Positions 54,673-64,000 of a DNA stretch of 64,000 nucleotides are shown one piece after another. The first letter of the stretch is position 1. Each line of letters starts with the position of its first letter. A model generated the notes under the pieces. The model saw only the letters and a program-made list of their open reading frames with translations, did no database searches and was not told where the DNA came from. The translations under genes were made by a program, and so were the position numbers. Source of the DNA: Carcharhinus longimanus (Eukaryota); contig JASCQW010000032.1 in NCBI GenBank assembly GCA_030264375.1, positions 31,197,022-31,261,021 on the forward strand, in the 5' to 3' direction.

Positions 54673-54990
54673 CGGCACAGTAGCTGAAGTAGTGACCACA
54701 GTGATTAGCACTGCTGCCTCATAACCCCAGGGACCTGGACTCGATTCCTGGCTTAGCTCACTGTCTGTGTGAAATTTGTATTTTCTTCCTGTGTCTGCGT
54801 GAGTTTCCTCTGGATGCTCCAGTATCCTCCCACAGTCCAAAGACGTGTGGCTTAGGTGTATTGACATGCTAAATTATCCCTTAGTAGCCCAGGATGTGTA
54901 GGTTAACAGGATTGGGAGGTAAATATGTGCGGTTATGGGGATAGGGCCTAAGTGGGATTGTTGTCAGTGCAGACTCAATGGGTTTCTATG
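54673..54990 (+). mobile_element. HE1-like V-SINE
   Basis: cagtgattagcactgctgcctc...ctcccacagtccaaagacgtgtggcttagg. Confidence 0.85.
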
Positions 54991-55475
54991 ATAGCCAGTG
55001 GAGTTGTGCATTGGATCTGGATCTACACAACTAATTTAACAGAGATGGTTCTTTTCAGCAACGTTAAAGTTACAAGGAAAGATTGTTGCTGATGCGGGTA
55101 GATAGAAAGGGCTGATAGAGCCATGGAAATCGTGGGAAAAGTCTTACATCCTCCTTTCTTCCTGAGATTAAACTGACATTAATCAAAAGGGACCTATCAC
55201 TGGCCAATTGTAGCTGCGGCCCATCTTGGGCTATACTCCCTGTAAGTATACAAATCGGCATCTTACGCATTCAAAAGGATACAAGGGAATCCCAATTTGG
55301 CTGTTATCTTACTGGCTTTATAATCCAGGGAGCTGGACTAAGACTTCAGACAGATGAGTTCAAATCCCACCACATAGTGGAATTTCAATTCAATTCATTA
55401 CATTAATCTGGGGAGAAGCAAAAGTTAGTCTCAGTAATAAAAACATAAAATATTGAATAAACTCAGTGGTACGTT

Positions 55476-55660
55476 GGCACAGTAGTTAGCAGTCCGCCTC
55501 ACAGCGCCAGGTACCTGGGTTCAATTCCGGCCTTGGCTGACTGTCTGTGTGGCATTTTCACATTCTCCCCATATCTCCATGGGTTTCCTCCGGGTGCTCC
55601 GGTTTCCTCCCACATTCCAAAAATGTGCGGCTTAGGTTGATTGGCCATGATAAATTGCAC
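55476..55660 (+). mobile_element. V-SINE 5' part
   Basis: ggcacagtagttagc...ccgggtgctccggtttcctcccacattccaaaaatgtgcggcttagg. Confidence 0.8.
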
Positions 55661-55999
55661 TCTCCTGTGGAGGGTGAGTGGTGGTTGGAGACCGCACCAT
55701 TGAATAGTGAAACAAGTAAGCCGAGAGATTGAATGGGTTGCACAGTATGAACCCATAATTGAGGGCACTTATTGGAAGACTTTTCACAAGGTGATGTTTG
55801 AATAATGTAGACAACACCAGCAGGTCTAGTGGCCCTAAGTCCTGGGGGTTCTAACTCTTAATGGCTGGGGGGTATGTGCAGAGTTTCACTCCTGCATTGA
55901 GAAGCGGGAGAATAACGGGCACAACCAAATGAAGCAGGAATGCAAGAGCTAGAGCAGTAGAACCTCATGATGTTGCAAGGGGATGTGGACTAGGAGGGC

Positions 56000-56440
56000 A
56001 CATAGGAGCAAGAATGCAGTCTAATGCCCACAGAAGGCACTACCCAGCTGAAAAAGCTTCATGGAGATGTCAAGAAACCAGTATCCCCAGAGAGTGCAGG
56101 TGGGAGTGAGCATATAGTGAATGGTGGGGGAGATATTGAAGCCTATGGGATGTGGTGGCCATCCGTTGCCAATGGCAATGATGGTGATTGTGCAGCTCAA
56201 CATTTACACTGCAGGATCATTCCAGGGATTATCTGGGGACACTTGGTGGATCTCCCAATTGGTGAATCTTCATGGCGTTAAGCAGTTAACAGATGCCATC
56301 ATGGAAGCGAGGACGGGGCAGTACATCAGATATTGCACCAATGAGGCCAGTCAGGCTGAGAGGGTGATCAGATTCAGGGTCATTATTGGCTTCCCTCAGG
56401 TGAAGGGGTAATTGAGTACATGCCTGTGGCCAGCAGGTCT
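56000..56440 (+). mobile_element. PIF/Harbinger transposase fossil (HARBI1-like N-terminal part)
   Basis: ORF 56121..56411: HPLPMAMMVIVQLNIYTAGSFQGLSGDTWWISQ...VKQLTDAI...GQYIRY...SQAERVIRFRVIIGFPQVKG fits the Harbinger pattern L.F.A.GSFQ...GD..GISQ...V.DA...FI.F...GFP.V.G.IDC. Confidence 0.75.
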
Positions 56441-57664
56441 GCAACATAGCCTGAAGCCTTTGAATACAGGTAAAGATTTCACTCACTGAATATTTAATTA
56501 GTTTGCAGCTATCTCCCTGGAAAAGGGTCTTGCAGATTGGTATACAGTTCACGGGAAGTTGTTCTGATATTTTTAAATAGTCCTAGGTGTCTCAGCTCTC
56601 CTGTCCAGCTGAATGCCCCTATGGGAGGATTCTTGGGCTTCCAATGTGAGACTACTCTGTGGTTCGTTGTGGACAATGGTTCCTGGTCATGCCCTATCCT
56701 TGTGCTGACCAATTTGCTTCACATCTTATGGCACTATTTATGACCTGCGGGCTGCTATGATAAATGCCATTAGATTGTACCTGGTCATTGACACGTTTCT
56801 GGTAATGTATTTAAGCCATGACTTTCTCAGTGACCTCCAGCCAGGTTTTATTTGTGGACCATGCTCATCTCCTCTCCTGTCTCCTGGGACCAGCACCTCT
56901 CTCCATTCCTCTGCCACATACGTACCTCACTAAATATTGGAGTTCTGACTTCAGCCTTTCCTGTTTCTCTTGTTCAGCTTCTCATCTTTTTTATGCAGCT
57001 ATTACTAGCTGCCCGTTAAATATGGCATCTTCCTCTGACATGCTGAAACTTCCTCGCACCCGCCACAACCTATTGGCTTGTTCTCCCCGACTGTCAGTTG
57101 TTAATGAGCTTCAGATGAGAAATGCCCAAGGCTGGCCCACTACCCACCATTTGTGGCCACGCAAATTTGACTCCATTGTGGTGAATTCTTTTTAATTGGG
57201 AACATCCACCCATCACCTTTATCTAATCTGGTCTATTTGTGACTCCAGTTCCACAGCATTGTCATTGGCCCTTAACTACACACTGGAAGGTCTCTCAAGC
57301 CACTTGATTGTATTCAAGATGGCAGTTCACCACCACCTTCTCAAATGCAAGTAGAAAAGGGTCATTAATGCTCCCCTTGCCAGCCACACTCTCAACCCAT
57401 GTAAAAACAAAAATAAAACTATATCCTAACTTACGCAGCTTGCAAATTGCTTGACGGGACAATTTTTGTCGTTCAGTATTCATTGACATTGATTACAATA
57501 TCGTATTTGTGACCTTTTAAAAGAACCACAGGTACCTAGAACTGAGCTAGCATTTTTTTTGTCCAGCTAATTAAGTGTACTGAGGGCTGGCGAAGAAAGA
57601 TATGGGAGATGGCTAAATCAATAATAGAACTTCCATTAATCGAACTGGAACCAACCTTGATGCA

Positions 57665-58046
57665 ATAGTAACACATTTTGTCTCCAAGTAAAAGGGTTGT
57701 GGGTTCAAGCCCCTTTCTTTAGATTTGAGCACATTATCTGCAAAATTAAAGGAGGGCTATGTTATTGGTATGCCATCTCTTAGGTGAATCAATGAACTAT
57801 GCTCCTATTGGCAAACATGGGTATAACAAATCCTACATTGACATTGGTACTTGAGTGTTATCTTGGGCAATATTTATTCCAGTCAACATCATTAATGGTT
57901 ATTTGGTTGTCTATCTTGTTGTTTGTGGGACCATGCTGTGCCCAAATGAGTTACAAATCTCTCTACACTCACTACGGAAGCAATACATTTGCTGTGAAGC
58001 ATTTTGGTCATAAGAATTGCTATATAAACGCAAGTTTGTTCTTTTC
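57665..58046 (+). mobile_element. SacSINE1-like Deu-domain SINE, old
   Basis: ggttgtgggttcaagccc...tttgagcaca; Deu-like ttgtttgtgggaccatgctgtgcccaaatg; tail gctatataaacgcaagt. Confidence 0.65.
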
Positions 58047-58162
58047 AAGATGACCACGAGTCCAGAAAATATCAGCAGTCACATTTTTACTCCTTCTTGA
58101 TACATAAACAACCTGAGTGACTATGTGTATTCTTGGACATTAATATGTTCCTATGGTTTCAG

Positions 58163-58216
58163 GGTTCTCGAGGTTTCCCAGGTGCCCCTGGTCTGCCTGG
58201 CATCAAGGGTTTGAGG
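58163..58216 (+). CDS. col5a2: Collagen exon 13 (54 nt) GSRGFPGAPGLPGIKGLR
   Basis: ggtttcag/GGTTCT...TTGAGG/gtaagt; contains helical Lys87. Confidence 0.95.
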
Positions 58217-58437
58217 GTAAGTAAGCATAATACAAGCTTAATTTCACAGTCACAGTACATCCGTTGACATAGCAATAAGTGTGTGCTGATATGCTACAAT
58301 AGATTAGCTTGATAACCCATTCCGTAAGAGAGTGATTTATGTATTTTCAACATTTGTTCAAACAACTGATTTTGTTAATATTAAGTATTTGATGGAAAAA
58401 CTTTAATTGACGATCTTTTAAAAATTATCTTTCACAG

Positions 58438-58491
58438 GGACACATGGGCCTGAAAGGACATAAAGGTGAAATTGGAGCTCTAGGCCAGAAG
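58438..58491 (+). CDS. col5a2: Collagen exon 14 (54 nt) GHMGLKGHKGEIGALGQK
   Basis: tctttcacag/GGACAC...CAGAAG/gtaaca. Confidence 0.95.
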
Positions 58492-59078
58492 GTAACAATT
58501 TAACATTAATCTGGCAGAACTGCACATCTTGTTCACTGAAATTACAATGCAGATCATCAAAGTATGCAAGGGCAATGGATTTGTCTAAAGTTCTTCCCCC
58601 ACTATTTTAACAGAGTTATCAATCAATTTGTTACATTAATAGTGAAGGATTTTAGCCAAACAAACATTTAAGCATTTGTGCATTGGTATCACACAGCAGT
58701 TCTGAGGGCAGTGTCCTTGAAACCACATTGGCAGAACATTGCTTAATGTTCTGTTGTACAACGTTTTGACTACTAGGCATTAATATTCCTGAGGAAAATA
58801 ACCCAATGTTCTACAGAATGTCAGTTAAAGTTAATACGGTATCTATTCTCCAATCACACAAAAGAATTGTGTTGCTCTTCATTCAATTAATGCAGCAAAA
58901 TGCCTTTCAACGGTGAGTCTTCAAGAGAAATATTCAACAGAATATTTGAGAAAAGTACATTTTCCATTCAATTGTCTTAACTTAATTTGCAGAAAACAAC
59001 ACTCTGTTAAAATTAAATCTCAGCTGGTAATCAAATGAAGGGATTGTGAGCGAATGTGTTTTTTTATACCTTTTGTAG

Positions 59079-59123
59079 GGTGACCATGGTTCTATTGGTG
59101 CAATGGGTGCCCCAGGTTCAAAG
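59079..59123 (+). CDS. col5a2: Collagen exon 15 (45 nt) GDHGSIGAMGAPGSK
   Basis: ccttttgtag/GGTGAC...TCAAAG/gtaagt. Confidence 0.95.
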
Positions 59124-62100
59124 GTAAGTTTGCTGTTATATAAGTTTTAATAGAAGTAGGAATTTTATTCAAAATCGGCTCCCTTTCATTTTTTGTAAGA
59201 GCTTTCAACTTTTGAATGTTTCCCTTCAATTCATCATCCAGGTCTAGCTGTGAGGGAAATAACTCGGAAGAGCTATGGGGATAGAGCAAGGAAACAGGAC
59301 TGATTGGATTGCTCTACAGCTTGATGGGCTGAAGGGTTGCATACTGTGCTGTAATGACTGCATGACTGCAAGTTTGCCAGCACTTTGGTGATGGGTTAAG
59401 AGACAGGAGATTGTCACAGGAAATCAATGGGCAGAGATTTCCCATTCTGCCCGCCACACAACAAGCAGGACAGAAAATTTGGTGGACCATTTAAAGGTCC
59501 GTTGACCTTGATATTGGGGTGCATGTGGCTGGAAAATCCCACCCAATATCTTCCCACCACTGAGCCATTTTGTCAGAGACAGGAAGATGGTGAATTGGCC
59601 TTCCATCGGGAACCCAATTGAGTCACTTGAATGATGGATCAAGGACCACTTTTTCCCTGTCAGAAAGACCTTGCGTTGCTAGGGGAAACCACCCAGTAAC
59701 ATCCTAGTGAGATGCAGGATAATGGGTGGGGGGGGGGGGGTCTCGTTTTTTGGGCATACTCTGGCCCACAGATGCCAGGCCGGTGGCAACCGCCACTCCT
59801 GTGGCAATAGGCTTCCAGTGGATCACAAAATCCACTCCCCCCCGCCCCCCCCACCCTGGCAAACACCCCTTCTTATTTCTCTTTGAGGGTGCCTTGATCA
59901 TTGAAGTACCCTCACTTTGTACCTGTAACATCAGCAATAGCCACCAGTAGAGGTGGTGCCACTGAGCTGCCAACCCACTAATTGGACCAACAAAACTCCT
60001 TAAGGTGGACTGTCATCCTTCATTGAGAGGTACAAAGCTAAGGAGTGAGCTAGATGAGGAAAATAAATACTAACTACATTACTGCAGATGAACAATGGAA
60101 CATTCATAAATAAAAGGTAGTAACTATGCAGAATAAATCATACCATTAAAAACAAGGTGAATCGATCAAATTTCAGGACACTGTGGATAAATAAAGAGGC
60201 TAAAACAAATAAAATGTAGGAAAGGCCCTGTAATAATGCTAAAGATAAGAGATAACAAGAGAAAGTAGGTTATAAGAGGGATATCAAAAGTAAGGAGGTA
60301 GAATGAGGCAAAGATCTCAACATGTATTTCAGATTGGTACTATCATTCAACAAATATACCAATTAAAAGAAAATTATTAAATATTAGGGGGAATTATACA
60401 TGGTAGAACTAAGATTTATAGGTCTACTTATCTCGAGCCAATATTTAAGTTGATGGCTTCTATAGAAAGTTCAATGGCACTTTTCTGAAGTTATTGAAAA
60501 ATGGTCAAAACAAAAAATAACCCTCTACCCTCACCCCCAGCCACCCATATACTTCCTAGTCTCCATCCATCCATACCAACCTATGTCACCATGTGCCCCA
60601 CTCATTTCCTCATACCCCTAAGGTCATTCAATTTCTCCTTGATCACCCTCAATGGACCCCCATGCTCCCTGTGCCAAAATATGCCCACCACTCATCCCAA
60701 TGGTCGTTTATAGCCCCTATGCCAACTTTTGCCAACACATGGCACCCATCCATGACCCTTTGCCCTTACACTCTCCATGCCAATTCACCTCTATTCTACA
60801 ACCACTTGGAGATGTCAATCAAACTGTTCATTTAACAGCCACTCCACTGTGATAATGTTAGATTATAAAAGCAGTCCTGCAGCATAAATCCTATAATGAT
60901 AGCTGTCAGGCTTAAGTAAACAGAGTGACATATCAAGCACCAATTTTTGTTAAACTCCACACTTCTTTAAAAATAAATTAAAGCCCAGCAGAGTTAAATC
61001 TCTTGATAGTTTTGACAGTTCCAATAAACTTTGATAGTTCCAGTGAGAGTTTTGACAATTATTTGACAACTTGACGAGTTCCAATGAGTTTATGATAATT
61101 ATGTCTACATTTAATGATCCCAAAGAGAACCTGATCTGTCCAAAAGGATGCTCTTCCTTTGCCAAAGGGTCCCAATCCATCTACAAAGGAGTACCTTATA
61201 TCGGCAAACAAATCCGCAAGGTTCAAATCTGTTCTTCATTGCCAGGTTTAATCTGCACACTTTGGGTTTCAAATGTCTGCATCACCAAAATCACACATGG
61301 ATGGAGGCAGTGGCTGATTGTCATGGGCAGCTGCCTTCATGAACCACAGATGCGTGAGTTATAACCTACCCCCATTCCGCGCCCCCCTCCCTGCCAACTA
61401 CAAAAACAGCAGAAGCTGGAATCGGGGTAGGAGTTCCAGATTTGGGTTTCTGAAAGCATTTGCGCACAGACGGTGAGCCTCTCTGCCATCGCAAAACTTC
61501 AAGCCCAAGGCTCCAAACACTTTTAACAATTTGTGTTCATTTGACAAAGTGATTTATTCAGCATATTTCACTGATATATGCAATGAATTGTAACATCTAT
61601 TGCCCAGCAGTATATGGTTGAATATTTGAATTCATTTAAAATGGTATTTAAAGGTTTACTATTGTCAGGTAGAACATATTCAAAAACGTTTACAGCAACC
61701 TCATTACAATGACCGATGACACATGTTGATGGGAAACGATCGTACTTGCTAGGAACAGGTTCTGAAGCTGCAGCTGCAACCAAAAATAACTTATGCAGAA
61801 ATCTTAACCCATTCATGATAACATAAGTAATATAGGTCTTCCACTGACAAAGAACAGTACAGCACAGGAACAGGTCATTCGAAGGCCGAAAGACCTGTCC
61901 TCAGATTGCACCGAGCCTGATTTGCCATAATAATGTTCATTTCACCAGAAAGAATGGAGAAAACTGCACATAAGTAGAGAGAAAGACGTCTGCTTGTTAT
62001 TTACTTGAAAATTCATGCAATCGTCCATAATAACTAGGGTGGAATTCTGGAAGCCATGACTGTAGGAAACTATTTCTGCCATTCTTGCTGGGATTCCTTC

Positions 62101-64000
62101 TGGAACGTTCCTGCAGTGGAAGCTATGATAGGAGGTTCAGACGTTCAGTGGGAATTCCCCTCCACATTGCCCATGGTATCAGTGATGCCTCTGTACAGCG
62201 GTGAAGTTGAGCNNNNNNNNNNNNNNNNNNNNNNNNNNNNNNNNNNNNNNNNNNNNNNNNNNNNNNNNNNNNNNNNNNNNNNNNNNNNNNNNNNNNNNNN
62301 NNNNNNNNNNNNNNNNNNNNNNNNNNNNNNNNNNNNNNNNNNNNNNNNNNNNNNNNNNNNNNNNNNNNNNNNNNNNNNNNNNNNNNNNNNNNNNNNNNNN
62401 NNNNNNNNNNNNNNNNNNNNNNNNNNNNNNNNNNNNNNNNNNNNNNNNNNNNNNNNNNNNNNNNNNNNNNNNNNNNNNNNNNNNNNNNNNNNNNNNNNNN
62501 NNNNNNNNNNNNNNNNNNNNNNNNNNNNNNNNNNNNNNNNNNNNNNNNNNNNNNNNNNNNNNNNNNNNNNNNNNNNNNNNNNNNNNNNNNNNNNNNNNNN
62601 NNNNNNNNNNNNNNNNNNNNNNNNNNNNNNNNNNNNNNNNNNNNNNNNNNNNNNNNNNNNNNNNNNNNNNNNNNNNNNNNNNNNNNNNNNNNNNNNNNNN
62701 NNNNNNNNNNNNNNNNNNNNNNNNNNNNNNNNNNNNNNNNNNNNNNNNNNNNNNNNNNNNNNNNNNNNNNNNNNNNNNNNNNNNNNNNNNNNNNNNNNNN
62801 NNNNNNNNNNNNNNNNNNNNNNNNNNNNNNNNNNNNNNNNNNNNNNNNNNNNNNNNNNNNNNNNNNNNNNNNNNNNNNNNNNNNNNNNNNNNNNNNNNNN
62901 NNNNNNNNNNNNNNNNNNNNNNNNNNNNNNNNNNNNNNNNNNNNNNNNNNNNNNNNNNNNNNNNNNNNNNNNNNNNNNNNNNNNNNNNNNNNNNNNNNNN
63001 NNNNNNNNNNNNNNNNNNNNNNNNNNNNNNNNNNNNNNNNNNNNNNNNNNNNNNNNNGGCGCGAGAGGGCAGGTGGACAGTCCTTCCACCGTGTTGCATC
63101 TTTATGATAAATGCAGCAGATTTCTCGACAGTTTAAGTGTCAGGGGTTCAACACTAACCACACCAGCTGTCATCTCAGGGGAGCCTCCCATCTTTACCAA
63201 GGGTGAAAGGTTAAATTATCATGGGGAATCTCTTGCCTGCTGTAACTTTGGTGGAAGATTTGTGGTTATCCCAGACACTGTGTTACTGTTATTTCTCTGG
63301 GGTTTATTACATTTTGTCCCCTAAAGTTACTGAGAACAATGAGGAGAAGACAGTTGAAATGATTGTTATAAGTGGAACTATCCTCTCGTTGTGTTAAAAT
63401 CTCACTGAAATCAGCCCAAAAATCAATCAGATTTCAAATCGATAGAATTACTTCATATTTATGACAGAAACGAGAAAATGAACTATTAAATATTTCTGTA
63501 GCCCTTTCCCTTTTCACTATGCAATAGCTGACATCCCTATGTATCGATTCATGAGGGTCATGCTTTTCAAATATTGAACTCTGAATGAATCATCTATTAA
63601 CGAGATGAAATGAATGAATAAAAAACATCAACAGTGCAATTCACCGTGAAAGGACTAAAGCACCAGTACTGCAGTCAATATGTGTTTCACCTTCTTATGA
63701 TTCAAACTTATGTGACGTTTGAAAGATATTTTAGCAGTGATCATTGGTGTGCTCTGCCTTTCTGAAGTCATTCAGAACTTGGCGAGTATAGTTTCCCATG
63801 TTACTGCTGATCGCATCAACTTTGTTCAGTGAGTGGATCTGATCCAGGGGTTGCAGAGCAGAAGGTGTCTAATCCCAGCCAGAAAACTTAATTCAAGCAT
63901 TTTGCTGCCAACAACTATCTCCTCAGCACCTGTTCAGCAGATCTTTCCTTTGCCAGTTTCTCTACAGATTACCTTGGACCATTTCCCTATTCATAAGAGC

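Noticed and set aside
62213-63057. Gap possibly hiding collagen exon 16
   Set aside because: Cannot be assessed. The flanks look like the inside of a repeat, and exon 16 may simply lie beyond the window, so no exon loss is claimed.

Overview
Repeat-rich eukaryotic genomic DNA from a gapped draft assembly, very probably a shark or other elasmobranch (many HE1-type V-SINEs with CR1/HER1-like tails and a SacSINE1-like Deu SINE). The main gene is a + strand clade-A fibrillar collagen most similar to COL5A2. I can read 14 consecutive coding exons (exons 2-15, 31945-59123), all with AG/GT sites and in frame: VWC domain, minor helix, N-telopeptide and the first ~123 residues of the major Gly-X-Y helix. 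Exon 1 and exon 16 onward are not visible, so positions 1-31.9 kb are probably intron 1. That intron holds the least ordinary sequence, an antisense island at ~19.2-22.6 kb. It contains a decayed C2H2 zinc-finger gene with apparent splice sites and a ZNF143/THAP11-type promoter motif, a tail-to-tail CR1 junction, and an intact, splice-site-flanked exon resembling the TDRD10 Tudor domain. Also present: a ~290-bp inverted duplication, a Harbinger transposase fossil, and many CR1, L2, Rex1, SINE and MITE remnants. I found no CRISPR, rRNA or real tRNA genes and no clearly novel multi-gene system. All family assignments come from recalled sequences, not database searches; repeat boundaries are approximate.
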